This document shows, one piece after another, positions 38,701 through 47,202 of a DNA stretch of 47,241 bases. This DNA is from Candidatus Krumholzibacteriia bacterium. Lineage in GTDB: Bacteria; Krumholzibacteriota; Krumholzibacteriia; Krumholzibacteriales; Krumholzibacteriaceae. The DNA is taken from assembly GCA_025453655.1 (NCBI GenBank), contig JALOPX010000002.1, positions 1 through 47,241 of the forward strand, in the 5' to 3' direction. The notes under the pieces were generated by a model that saw nothing but the letters and a program-made list of their open reading frames with translations, was not told the origin of the DNA and ran no database searches. Every line of letters begins with the position of its first letter. Positions within the stretch are counted from its first letter, which is position 1. The position numbers were made by a program, and so were the translations under genes.

Positions 38701-41700
38701 CTCCGAGCTCGATCATGTGCTCCGCCTCGCCGCTGTATTCCGATGAAGCGGCGACCTCGTCGATGTTCTCGACCCAGATCCTGATATGCTGGACGGCGTC
38801 GAGCCTCGGCGGTATCCCGGACGGCATGTCCACTCCGGACATGTCGACGCGGTACATTCTCCAGGCCTTCTTCTCGTTGATCGGATACACGGCGGGGTCG
38901 TAATCGCCGTCGTCCTTCGTTTTTTCCTCATCGTTCCAGTAGCTCGAGTATGCCGACCTGTCGAAATCCCTCTGGACGTCGATCACGGCGGAATCCGACA
39001 GGTCCAGGGTGAGCGAATAATACTCGTTTCTCTCGTCGAAACGGCTGTTACGGTTCAGGTCTTCCGAGTCGTGCTGGTTGTTTCCGTTGCGCGAATTGAT
39101 CCCGCGGTAGATCCTGCGCACGGCGTCCCATGTCGACGAGGAGAAGACGGTGGGGTACTTCGCGACATTTTCCTCCCCGTCGAAACCGTCGTCGTCGAGG
39201 ATCGTCCAGTCCACTTCGCGCTCGTCGTCGAAATTCCCCAGTTCGGGCTGGTAGAAATCCTCGCTGATCCTGCCGAAATCGATGTGAAGTATCCCCGCCC
39301 GGGTCTCCGGGTCGGTGTTATAGTCGTTGACCCATATCTCCAGGTACTGGGCCGTCGAAAGGTCGAGGCCCCCGGGGAACCCGGTCATCACGCCGCACCA
39401 CTGGCCCGGCGAAGGATTCACCGCCTTCAGGAAAAGGGAGGAGACCGCCGAATTCTCGCGCGTATCGAGCCCGGGATTCAGATCCCGTTTGCTGGTGGTC
39501 AGCTTGTACTGGGGGCTCGTCTCGTCCCTGACGGGGTTGTACCAGTAAAAATCAAGGTCTTCGGGCATCGGATCGAGATACTGCGCGCTGTTCGCCGGGT
39601 CTATCGGAGGGCTCGCCTCGTACCAGAGCCTTCGCACCATCACGACCTGGTCGCTGTCCTCGATCCCCTCCATGTCGTCCACGAAGGCCTCCCCCTTGGT
39701 GTTTGGGTTGGGGATCGACAAGGCGAGCTCGCCGCTGATATTGAGGCTGCTCGTCGCGTCGGTATCGACCCGGGGCAGCAGGTTCACCGCCGAGGTCATC
39801 CAGCCCGGATAGAACTGGAAGCTTCCGTTGATGTCGCCGGCCATGTTCCGCGTCGGCTCGTCGCCGAGGCGGGGGTTAAGCCTGGGCATCCCGACGGAAT
39901 TGTAGAGAAAGACCGCGTTGATCCTCGAATTCGTCGAAAGGTTGAAGTTTGCGCCGACACCCAGCAGGGAGGTCTTTCCCCCGCCCATCATCGGCTTGTG
40001 CTGGTAATCGATCGAGACCTTGGAATCGGGGGTCATGGTGAGAAGCCTGTCTCCCATGAGGGTCACGGTCCCCGTCGAATAATCGATGGTGTAGTCGGTG
40101 CCGCTGGAGAGCTTCTCGCCGTCCACCGTCACCACCTCGGTCCCCTCTATGATGTCGAACGCGTTGAGCTGGAAGGTGCGGCTGCCGCTCGTGGCCTCCA
40201 CGACGATGTTGTACCTGTGGGCGGGATTCGTCTGGATTTTCCTGTAGTCGGTATAGATCATGCCGTTCGCTTCAAGGTAAGACAGGATCGAATCGGCCTG
40301 CTCGTAGATTTCGCCCGTCGGGTCTCCGAACCCGTCGCCGTTGCTGTCCGGCGCGAGATAGGAAGCAAGCTCGTCCCTCGGAAGATCGAACGGCTGGTAC
40401 CAGGGGAACATGATGTACCCGTAGTAATAATTGACGATGCCCTTCTTGTCGTCGATCAGGTTGTCGGGGATCCTGACTCCCTCCGTATTTTCCTGGTCGA
40501 GGCCGAATATCCGCAGATAACTTGTGTTGGTCTCCTCCTGAATGTCCTTCGTCCCGATGATCGTGCTGACATTCTCGATGCGAACCCTGATCGCCGCGTC
40601 CTCCTGCCCGGCCGACCCGAGGGAATAGACGTTCCTGAACATCATGTTCCAGGTGGACCAGAACGCCTTCCGCAGGCCGGTCACCCCGTCGGGGACGGGA
40701 TCATTCATGTCGTCCGACAGGGGGCAGATCAGTTCGGCGAGGTACACGGTCGCGGCGGGATCCCCCGCGAAATTCTTGTAATCTCCGACGTTGAAATCGT
40801 CGGCCGTGTTATCCGGCGTCCCCGCGTCGCACCTGTACCTGATCGCGAGGGCTTTCCCGTCGGGGAGAGCCTGGTTGAGACGGATGCCCATGTACCGGAT
40901 CTTCGCGTCGGCGCTGATAAGCTGTATCAGGGAATAGTCCCCCTGGCCGAATTCGTTGTTCTCCTCCAGGAGAGCGTACCATTGCTCTATACGGTCCTCC
41001 TCCGCTCCCGTGACCCCGTCGTTCTCGGGATCGACGCATGCCCTGAGCTGGAACTTCGCGCCCCCCTGGTAATTCTGCAGCTCGTTCGTGTCGAGCGAGA
41101 TGAAAACCTCCACCTCGTCGTTGTTCGCTCCGCCGTAGACCGGGTAATACCTGATCCCGGGATGGCCGACGAATCCGGGCAGGGGCTCGGCGAAGGACGC
41201 GCCGGGGGTCTCGAAGTAGAAGTACTGCCTCTTGATGTAACCGTGGTCGGCGATCGACACCTCGCTGCTCTGCCCCCCCGAGCCCGAGTAGGAGCCCGTC
41301 GCGGTCTCCCCCTCCTCCTTGCTCGCTATCACCGTAAGGTCGGCAACGCCGAGCTGGGCCTTGACCTTGATCCCGAAAAGCCCCTTTGCGGCCCCCGAAT
41401 AGCTGATCAGCTGGGCGCCGCTCAGGGTCAGGTCGGTGTCCCCCATCTCGATCGACCGGATTATCTCGTCATCGAGGCCCTGGTAATTCAGCCTGACCCT
41501 GTTCGTCGAGGGCATCCCGCCACCCATGCTCGCATGGTCTATGTTCACCATGATCTTCTCGCCGATGTTTCCCTGCAGGTTGACCGAAAGCTGCTGCTCC
41601 ATGTCGAGATCGGGGAATTTCTGCTGCTTCGGCCTGCCCTCGGTGACGGGGCAGTTGGCGCACCATCTCGAGGTCCCGCCGATCGTTATCTTCTCGCGCC

Positions 41701-42364
41701 CCGAGACGTTGAGCCTCGTCTGCTCGCCGTCGCCGATCAGCCATTCGATCTGCTTGGGGAGCTTGATCGGGATGTTCAGATCGATGAGGCCGCCCTTCCT
41801 GGCCCCGCTCCGGTCCTTCTCGAGGTTGTACCTCACCCCCGAAACCCAGACCTTCCTGAATCCCAGGCGACGGATCATCTCCGCCTCGTCGTCGATGTAC
41901 CCGGGCTCGATCTTTATCCCCGGAATCCCCGTGTTGCGCGCGGTGGCGCTGAAATAGGCTCCCTCCCTTTCGACCCTCGACGCGAAGACATGGTCCCCCG
42001 GGACCCTGAAGCGGAAGAAATGGCCGGTTACCGGATCGTACTCGGTCACAAGCTTTCTCGTGTCGAATTCGTGCTGCAGGAAGTTCGGATAGAGGCTGAT
42101 GCCGCCGAGGAGAATGTATTTCGGGGGAAGCTTGCCGTTCTCGGCCAGGTAGTACCTCGCCTCCGTGCGATCGGATATATCGAGCAGATCGATCCTGAAT
42201 GTCCCGGCGGCCGCCGGCCCGGCGACGACAAACGCGAAAAGGACAGCTGAAAAGACTGTCCGGCGTACCCGGCCCGGCGCGATGCCCGGAGGACCGATGA
42301 TTCTTCTTTCCAATCTCTTCATCCTCACTCGATTGAAGATGCCAGAAATAACTGTCCCGCGCAA
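35771..42364 (-). CDS. sprA: SprA-like giant outer-membrane beta-barrel protein (type IX secretion system translocon)
   Basis: 2197 aa. Start is TTG at 42364 or ATG at 42322 (MKRLERR...). Signal peptide is TVFSAVLFAFVVAGPAAAG. The N-terminal conserved block ...LNVSGREKITIGG...QQLSVNLQGNIGEKIMVNIDH...VRLNYQGLDDEIIRSIEMGDTDLTL...LFGIKVKAQLGVADLTVIASKEEGE matches, from memory, the SprA signature region of Flavobacterium. The composition is beta-strand rich, with an OMP-type C-terminal ...TAEFKF. Confidence 0.8.
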   Translation of the reverse strand: MRGTVISGIFNRVRMKRLERRIIGPPGIAPGRVRRTVFSAVLFAFVVAGPAAAGTFRIDLLDISDRTEARYYLAENGKLPPKYILLGGISLYPNFLQHEFDTRKLVTEYDPVTGHFFRFRVPGDHVFASRVEREGAYFSATARNTGIPGIKIEPGYIDDEAEMIRRLGFRKVWVSGVRYNLEKDRSGARKGGLIDLNIPIKLPKQIEWLIGDGEQTRLNVSGREKITIGGTSRWCANCPVTEGRPKQQKFPDLDMEQQLSVNLQGNIGEKIMVNIDHASMGGGMPSTNRVRLNYQGLDDEIIRSIEMGDTDLTLSGAQLISYSGAAKGLFGIKVKAQLGVADLTVIASKEEGETATGSYSGSGGQSSEVSIADHGYIKRQYFYFETPGASFAEPLPGFVGHPGIRYYPVYGGANNDEVEVFISLDTNELQNYQGGAKFQLRACVDPENDGVTGAEEDRIEQWYALLEENNEFGQGDYSLIQLISADAKIRYMGIRLNQALPDGKALAIRYRCDAGTPDNTADDFNVGDYKNFAGDPAATVYLAELICPLSDDMNDPVPDGVTGLRKAFWSTWNMMFRNVYSLGSAGQEDAAIRVRIENVSTIIGTKDIQEETNTSYLRIFGLDQENTEGVRIPDNLIDDKKGIVNYYYGYIMFPWYQPFDLPRDELASYLAPDSNGDGFGDPTGEIYEQADSILSYLEANGMIYTDYRKIQTNPAHRYNIVVEATSGSRTFQLNAFDIIEGTEVVTVDGEKLSSGTDYTIDYSTGTVTLMGDRLLTMTPDSKVSIDYQHKPMMGGGKTSLLGVGANFNLSTNSRINAVFLYNSVGMPRLNPRLGDEPTRNMAGDINGSFQFYPGWMTSAVNLLPRVDTDATSSLNISGELALSIPNPNTKGEAFVDDMEGIEDSDQVVMVRRLWYEASPPIDPANSAQYLDPMPEDLDFYWYNPVRDETSPQYKLTTSKRDLNPGLDTRENSAVSSLFLKAVNPSPGQWCGVMTGFPGGLDLSTAQYLEIWVNDYNTDPETRAGILHIDFGRISEDFYQPELGNFDDEREVDWTILDDDGFDGEENVAKYPTVFSSSTWDAVRRIYRGINSRNGNNQHDSEDLNRNSRFDERNEYYSLTLDLSDSAVIDVQRDFDRSAYSSYWNDEEKTKDDGDYDPAVYPINEKKAWRMYRVDMSGVDMPSGIPPRLDAVQHIRIWVENIDEVAASSEYSGEAEHMIELGGLTFVGSRWEFDKIRELEDEAVIVPEPEMKVRVGAINNKDDPSLYYSPYDVDVKDGIEAREQTLLIEVENFLAERSFRLRKQFLGGGQDFQQYREIQFYVRGDRDLTSHDGDIVDFYLQLAYDSLNYYEVAVPLTVERSGHWNLVTVTLSDLTDMKFDAVPGQVVETVVRDAEDDSRSYPARLRGNPSLFQVRYLFAGLRNRSGVAIPGGQVWFNDLALGSVRKDIDHAERASVAASFGNVISVNGNYQHTGPEFRTLRQKTGSGVTSDSYAFSGKTEINHFVPTARFDLPVTFRWTETQSKPKYLPQKDVEITDPAVQDSLKSVRNSYTVSLAMSRRGSKNAIMRNVFDKFKTGLSYSKNASYSPTAKDTSWSLSGNANYQIEFSKDRQWNLFKGVKWRYWLTNLSMKANGARSVKRGYSFSGDGFVKRPSSYSCTWDNEISAVYDPFESVKLNYRRAENRNLAVEQMIYGIDVGILTSFRQSLDMRYQPRNVFLISQFNPTLEYNTSYEEDLKPGVRQGDDPGGTRDAFNNRNISIVFDVDVGKYVMKFGKRIGVLEQSDLSSASKLGTQRAEYAQRKTDFEEMMKDQRTTRDDERAGAEPGTLVDEEAQQVQGEKPPAEPSKGGAAENPADTGLRRPRITGGKDDVGLREIPADSAAVDSSAAVGSAPDSTAARKADPMLLVRHVVGLLSRLDPVKSRIDIDRRNSFDRLYDRADLLYQMGFSTTSGTKGALGGPDSDPLRQTDRIGLNLRTGVNITSNLSANINFNSSKRTDESDSRVTETEEITWPDVNLNWKGLHNWGLLKKHIKSSDMTISYIERTSKRAGSETEGYQFNPAWNMAWFNSLASTISLSYAKKTTMERNQELWDKSWSVNLELKYDVKGKQGIGLPLPFLSSKKLKFDSNLNTSVNIVYTNTEKYNVPPTTSISVAPRLTYSFSRNVSGNLTMNYRRTAGGIYGYVNHEVGMHATAEFKF

Positions 42365-42662
42365 TCAGTTATATGTTAGATTCCCGATTGGCGCGGCCCG
42401 CGGTCCCGGTCGCCGGAGCCCCGTCCGACGAGCGCCCGGACGTGTCGCGAAAAATATACAGAAGGAAGCCTTCCTGTCCTGAAAAGGGTACAGGGAAACC
42501 AGTCCCCTGCCGGTTTTCCTTTCAAGGGAACCGGGGGGAAAGGGATTTGAATCGCCTATGGCTTCCGTCGAATCCGGCACCGCCGGGACGAAGATTGCAG
42601 TCACGCCGCGGGCGGGCCGGAAGAGCCGGCAACTTTAAACCTTAACGTCGCAAGTCCGAAAA

Positions 42663-44081
42663 ATGCATATTCTTGACCGCTATATTCTGAAGACTCACAT
42701 ACCGCCGTATTTCTTCAGCGTATCGGTGATCACGTTCGTCTTCGTCATGGATTTTCTCTTCCGTTATCTCGACCTCTTCATCGGCAGGGGGGTCGCCTTC
42801 CTCGTCGTGCTCGAATTTTTCACGCTGAGCCTCGGCCATATGTTCGCATTAATCATTCCAATGTCGGTGATGCCCGCCACCCTGATGGCGTTCGGGCAGC
42901 TCGCCTCCGAGAACGAGATTACGGCGATGAAGGCGAACGGGATTTCCCTGTACAGGATGATCGCGCCCGTGCTGGTCGCCGGCGCCGTCCTGGGTATAAG
43001 CCAGATCTATTACCAGAACGTCATACTGCCCGAGAGCAATCATCGATTCCTGAACCTCTACATCGACATCGGGAAGATGAAGCCGACGCTCGAGATCAAG
43101 GAGAACATATTCAGCACGGCGATCAAGGGATACACGATCCTCATCCGCGAGAAAAACGACAAGACCGGCGAGATCAGGGATATTCAGATATTCGAGAAAA
43201 AGAAGGGCGGGGTTCTCACGACCATCGTCGCCCTCAGGGGCAGGATGCGCTTCATAGAAGAGGCCAACGTCCTTCGGTTCGAGCTCGAGGACGGCGAGAT
43301 CCACGAGATGCCCGACCCGAAGGACATATCCACCTACCGTAAAACGCTGTTCAGCCATTTCACCCTGAACATGCAGGACATAGACAGGAGCCTCGAGAGG
43401 TCGGAGCGAACGAGCCGCACCGACAGGGAAATGACCGTCGAGATGATGAAGGAGCAGATAGCCGACAAGCGGGAGGAAATCGCCGGATACAGGATGACCC
43501 TCAACCACACGGCCCTGACGGACATGAAGACGGCCCTTTCGAAGGCTATCCCGTCGCTCGCGCCTCCCGAAAAGGACCGCAAACCCGAACTTCCCCCGGA
43601 CGAGGCGTCGTCGGGCGCGAAACCGATCTTCGCCGGCGCGACTTTGCGCGGTGAGAAGGCCGCCGAAAAGATCCTGCGCGACCTGGAGAGCTCGCTTCGA
43701 ATAATAGCGATCGGCGAACAGCGCATCAGGAGTTACCAGGTGGAGATCCACAAGAAATTCTCGATACCGTTCAGCTGCATCGTCTTCGTTCTCATGGGGG
43801 CGCCGCTGGCGATCAGGTCGGGGAAAAAGGGAATGACGATGGCCATCGGGTTCAGCATCCTCTTTTTCCTGATATACTACATATGCCTCATCGGCGGAGA
43901 GAAGCTGGCCGACCGGGATTTCGTCTCCCCCTGGCTCGCCATGTGGGCGCCTAACATCATATTCCTCTTCGCGGCGCTCCTTCTGATCAGAAGCACGGTT
44001 CGCGAATCCAGCACGATCGACTGGGACAGGCTGAATCTCCTTAAAAAGTGGCGCTCCAGAAGCGGGGCCGCTATATTCTGA
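42663..44081 (+). CDS. LptF/LptG family (YjgP/YjgQ) LPS export permease, long form with coiled-coil-like insert
   Basis: 472 aa. Has MHILDRYILKTHIPPYFFSVSVITFVFVM..., AMKANGISLYRM and C-terminal TM helices. There is an insertion of roughly 100 aa of charged/helical sequence before the last three TMs. Confidence 0.85.
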   Translation: MHILDRYILKTHIPPYFFSVSVITFVFVMDFLFRYLDLFIGRGVAFLVVLEFFTLSLGHMFALIIPMSVMPATLMAFGQLASENEITAMKANGISLYRMIAPVLVAGAVLGISQIYYQNVILPESNHRFLNLYIDIGKMKPTLEIKENIFSTAIKGYTILIREKNDKTGEIRDIQIFEKKKGGVLTTIVALRGRMRFIEEANVLRFELEDGEIHEMPDPKDISTYRKTLFSHFTLNMQDIDRSLERSERTSRTDREMTVEMMKEQIADKREEIAGYRMTLNHTALTDMKTALSKAIPSLAPPEKDRKPELPPDEASSGAKPIFAGATLRGEKAAEKILRDLESSLRIIAIGEQRIRSYQVEIHKKFSIPFSCIVFVLMGAPLAIRSGKKGMTMAIGFSILFFLIYYICLIGGEKLADRDFVSPWLAMWAPNIIFLFAALLLIRSTVRESSTIDWDRLNLLKKWRSRSGAAIF

Positions 44082-44119
44082 GATGCTTAGCGCGGCTGTA
44101 ATTTTCCGGAAGTGGTGAC

Positions 44120-45199
44120 GTGAGGATTCACGAAAAATACATTCTATCCGGGTTCTGGCGCAGCGTCCTTCTCGGGCTCGCGGCTTTCGCCGTCATTTAC
44201 ATGACGGTGGACGTAAGCGAGAACATCGACAAGTTCATAGACAACAATGCCACCACCTGGCAGATCGTCTCGTACTATTTCTTCGAGCTCCCGTGGATAA
44301 TCCTTCTCATCACGCCCGTGGCCGTCCTCCTTTCGACCATTTTCACGCTCGGCAGGCTGTCGCGCGACAACGAGCTCACCGCGTTCGTCGCCTCAGGCAT
44401 CTCCCTCGTCAGGATCGCGATGCCGCTTTTCGTCTCGGCCCTGATCGTGACGGGCGCGTCTATCGTTTTCAACGACACCCTCGTGCCCTTCACCAAGCGC
44501 AGGGCCGAGGACATCAAGCTCGTGGACATCGAGAAGAAAAAGCAGCGCAGCACCTTCAGGTACAAGACGGACATGTACTACCAGGGCGAGGACAACAGGA
44601 CCTACTACGCCGAACGCTATGACATTTCGATGAGCATGATGGTCAACATCGTCGTCCAGGAGTACGAGGGAGCCGTCCTGAAGAGGCGCATAGACGCGAA
44701 GAAGGTCTTCTGGGACGGCACGAAGTGGGTCTTCGTCGACGGCGCGACAAGGGATTTCAGGGCGGAAGGCGAGGATATCTCCACCTTCAGGCGGATGGAG
44801 ATCGACAGCCTGCCCGAAAGGCCGGGGGATTTCGCCAAGGAGAAGATCGAGCCGGAGGAGATGAAATTCGGGGAGCTTCGCGAATACATAGACAAGGTGA
44901 GGCGCGGAGGCGGATCTGTTGACAAATACCTGGTGGATCTTTATTTTAAATTCAGCTTCCCGTTCACGAACCTGATATTCACCATAATAGGCGTGGCCCT
45001 TTCCTCGTCCAAGCTGAAGCCTTCCATGGCGACGGGATTCGGGCTGACGCTGCTTATAAGCTTTACCTATTATGGGGTGATGCGGATAGGACAGGCGCTG
45101 GGCCACAGCGGGGTGCTCGAGCCGCTGCTCGCGGCCTGGATCGGCAATATCATCTTTCTTTCGTTCGGACTGGTGTTGCTGCGAAGATCCAACCGCTGA
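44120..45199 (+). CDS. LptF/LptG family (YjgP/YjgQ) LPS export permease
   Basis: 359 aa with a GTG start. Has IHEKYILSGFWRSVLLGLAAFAVIYMTVD and AFVASGISLVRI. Has a beta-jellyroll-like periplasmic middle and three C-terminal TM helices. Confidence 0.88.
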   Translation: MRIHEKYILSGFWRSVLLGLAAFAVIYMTVDVSENIDKFIDNNATTWQIVSYYFFELPWIILLITPVAVLLSTIFTLGRLSRDNELTAFVASGISLVRIAMPLFVSALIVTGASIVFNDTLVPFTKRRAEDIKLVDIEKKKQRSTFRYKTDMYYQGEDNRTYYAERYDISMSMMVNIVVQEYEGAVLKRRIDAKKVFWDGTKWVFVDGATRDFRAEGEDISTFRRMEIDSLPERPGDFAKEKIEPEEMKFGELREYIDKVRRGGGSVDKYLVDLYFKFSFPFTNLIFTIIGVALSSSKLKPSMATGFGLTLLISFTYYGVMRIGQALGHSGVLEPLLAAWIGNIIFLSFGLVLLRRSNR

Positions 45200-45271
45200 C
45201 GCCCGGCGCGGGCGCGGCGGCCGCCCCCCTGGAACCGTATTTCCCCGCCCCTACGAAAGGAAGGGAAGCAT

Positions 45272-46936
45272 TTGAGAATTCCATCGACAACGTTTCACGG
45301 CGCTTTGCGCGCCGTCGCGACCGGGGGAAAGCCGGCGCGCCGCACGATGCTTTTGCTCGCGCTTTCAATCGCGCTGATCCCCTCCGGCACGGCCGCCGAG
45401 GAATTCAAGGGCGAGAACGCCCTTCTTTCGAGACTCTCGCAGGAGGAGCTGGTCGCCTACTTCGGGCTCAGGTACGCGCTGAACAAGCACCAGATGAGGC
45501 AGTACCTCTCCCTCGAAACGGCCGTGGAAAGAAGCGGCTGGATCGACAGGTACTGGATCGATCTCGACCCGACCCCGGCCACCGCAGGGAACGAACGAAG
45601 GGACGAGCACGAAGCCAGGGTGAGGCTGGCGCGAAAGCTGTTCGCCATGAAAAAGCCCCCGGGCTGGGACAGGCGCGGGGAGACGCTGATCAGGTACGGG
45701 ATGCCCGCGACGAGAAGGCAGATCCCCGCGGACATCGGCTTCTACCGCATGATACCTCCGGGCGAGATGTGGTATTACCAGTCCCTCGACATGCTGGTCG
45801 CGTTCCAGAATTTCAACCTCAAGGGCGAGTTCATCTTCGCCTTCGAGACATACGGCATGACCGGCCGCCAGATATCGGACAGGACCAAGGCGATAGCGGA
45901 GTATCTCGCCTTCACCCCGTCCGCGGAACTGGCGAACGTAACGAACCGGGACCTCGAGGCGATAGCGGGGCTGAACCCGGACAACATCGATTACATCGCC
46001 GACCCGGACATAAGGGCGGAGCTCGGCAGGGACATGATCGCCGCCCTCGAGGCCGAGAAAAATCAGGAGCGGAGAAATAATTTCGACAAGTACCTGAAGG
46101 AAAACCCCGTCGTGTACTCAATCGAGCTGAGGAACGACAATCTCCCCGTCTTCTTCGACATCACAAATTTCAGCGGAGGCGGGGAAACGGTCCGGACAGA
46201 GGTGAATTTCGAGGTGCCCGCCGGTGAGTTGAAATTCACGAGGGAAGGCGCAACGCTTAAAGCGGGTTTCAAGATGGACCTGCTCGTCAGGGACATGGAA
46301 TCAAACATAGTCGCGAATGTTTCCGATTCGGTGCTTGTCACTCAGAGCGGGGGAGATGTGTGGCAGGGCCCCGGGCACATCCCCGGCCAGCTCGCCGTCG
46401 CACTCAAGCCCGGTTACTACAGGCTGGGGCTGGAGGCGAGGGATATGCATTCCAACAGAGCGGGGGCATTTCGCGCGAGCACGCTGCTCGCCGGGATGGA
46501 CGGAAGCCTGTCCCTGAGTGACATCCTTTTCGCCAGCACCATCAGGGAGACGGCCGATCTGGTCAAATTCCAGAAGGGGAACCTTCAGGTTGTGCCCCAC
46601 CCCCTTCACGCGTACAGGATGCCGTATCCCCTGACCTTCTATTTCGAGATATACGGCCTCGACACGGACCGGGAGGGCCTTGCGTATTATACCGTTGAAT
46701 ACCGGATAGTTCCGGTGGCCAAAAGGAGAAAGGGTCCCGTGCTGGAGGAACCGCCCCCCGCCATCGCTTCCAGCTTCGAGACCTCCGCATTCGGATCGAC
46801 GCAGGCTCAAAGGTTCGAGATCGCGACCGACAATCTCTGGGAAGGCTCCTTCAACCTCGTCGTGACGGTAAGGGACAGGCGGACGAGGCAGTCGGCGGAA
46901 AAGCGCGCCAATTTCTCGATCCTCGGAAACGACTGA
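45272..46936 (+). CDS. GWxTD-domain protein (secreted, function unknown)
   Basis: 554 aa. Start is TTG 45272 or an ATG near 45346 (MLLLALSIALIPSGTAAEEF signal peptide). The block RYWIDLDPTPATAGNERRDEHEARVRLARKLFAM..PPGWDRRGETLIRYGMP fits the GWxTD-domain pattern as I recall it (TIGR04514-type), here as the variant GWDRRG. Confidence 0.7.
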   Translation: MRIPSTTFHGALRAVATGGKPARRTMLLLALSIALIPSGTAAEEFKGENALLSRLSQEELVAYFGLRYALNKHQMRQYLSLETAVERSGWIDRYWIDLDPTPATAGNERRDEHEARVRLARKLFAMKKPPGWDRRGETLIRYGMPATRRQIPADIGFYRMIPPGEMWYYQSLDMLVAFQNFNLKGEFIFAFETYGMTGRQISDRTKAIAEYLAFTPSAELANVTNRDLEAIAGLNPDNIDYIADPDIRAELGRDMIAALEAEKNQERRNNFDKYLKENPVVYSIELRNDNLPVFFDITNFSGGGETVRTEVNFEVPAGELKFTREGATLKAGFKMDLLVRDMESNIVANVSDSVLVTQSGGDVWQGPGHIPGQLAVALKPGYYRLGLEARDMHSNRAGAFRASTLLAGMDGSLSLSDILFASTIRETADLVKFQKGNLQVVPHPLHAYRMPYPLTFYFEIYGLDTDREGLAYYTVEYRIVPVAKRRKGPVLEEPPPAIASSFETSAFGSTQAQRFEIATDNLWEGSFNLVVTVRDRRTRQSAEKRANFSILGND

Positions 46937-46951
46937 CGCGCGGGAGGCCTG

Positions 46952-47034
46952 GAAGACACAAGTCCCCTGCTCAGACAGGTCCTCGCGGAGAAGGCCGTGA
47001 AGACACAAGTCCCCTGCTCAGACAGGTCCTCGCG
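46952..47034. repeat. Two identical 36-nt direct repeats (period 47 nt)
   Basis: GAAGACACAAGTCCCCTGCTCAGACAGGTCCTCGCG occurs at 46952-46987 and 46999-47034. Each copy contains an internal CCTG-CTCAGA-CAGG mini-hairpin. The cluster starts 16 nt after the GWxTD gene stop. Confidence 0.9.
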
Positions 47035-47042
47035 CTGCGCTC

Positions 47043-47202
47043 CGCGCCGCGCTGCGGAACTCGCGACGGGACTTGTGTCTTCACGGCAGGAAAGTGTCTC
47101 GCCGCACAACTCGCGACGAGACTTGTGGCGGACTCCCCCCGAAGCACGCGCGCCGCGCTGCGGAACTCGCGACGGGACTTGTGTCTTCACGGCAGGAAAG
47201 TG
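47043..47202. repeat. Two identical 54-nt direct repeats (period 106 nt), plus a degenerate partial copy, carrying the inverse complement of the 46994-47013 core
   Basis: CGCGCCGCGCTGCGGAACTCGCGACGGGACTTGTGTCTTCACGGCAGGAAAGTG occurs at 47043-47096 and 47149-47202. A partial copy AACTCGCGACGAGACTTGTG lies at about 47108-47127. GGGACTTGTGTCTTCACGGC (47068-47087) is the exact reverse complement of GCCGTGAAGACACAAGTCCC (46994-47013). Confidence 0.9.

Noticed and set aside
38786-42250. 1154-aa ORF on the plus strand opposite sprA. Similar long antisense or out-of-frame ORFs occur at 4397-6256, 8911-10557, 30218-32527, 35795-37342, 888-2756 and 1433-2788.
   Set aside because: Their translations are Arg/Pro/Gly/Asp-rich low-complexity strings with no motifs. 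They lie antisense to, or out of frame with, genes that carry unambiguous conserved motifs. Long spurious ORFs are expected in GC-rich DNA because stop codons are AT-rich.
42365-42662. 298-nt divergent intergenic region between sprA and lptF, as a possible ncRNA or tRNA locus
   Set aside because: It has no tRNA-like arms and no convincing conserved structure, only short GC hairpins. It most likely holds divergent promoters. An 11-nt partial resemblance to the terminal repeat core (CAGTCCCCTGC) is within chance expectation.
46807-47190. 127-aa minus-strand ORF (and 46301-47008) spanning the repeat cluster
   Set aside because: The reading frame is generated by the repeats themselves and overlaps the 3' end of the GWxTD gene antisense. 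It has no RBS or motifs.
46952-47202. Possible CRISPR array, because of the identical repeats
   Set aside because: There are only two copies of each repeat. The 36-mers are separated by just 11 nt. The 54-mers are too long, and their 'spacer' contains a degenerate repeat copy. The repeat types are inverse complements of each other. No cas genes are in view.
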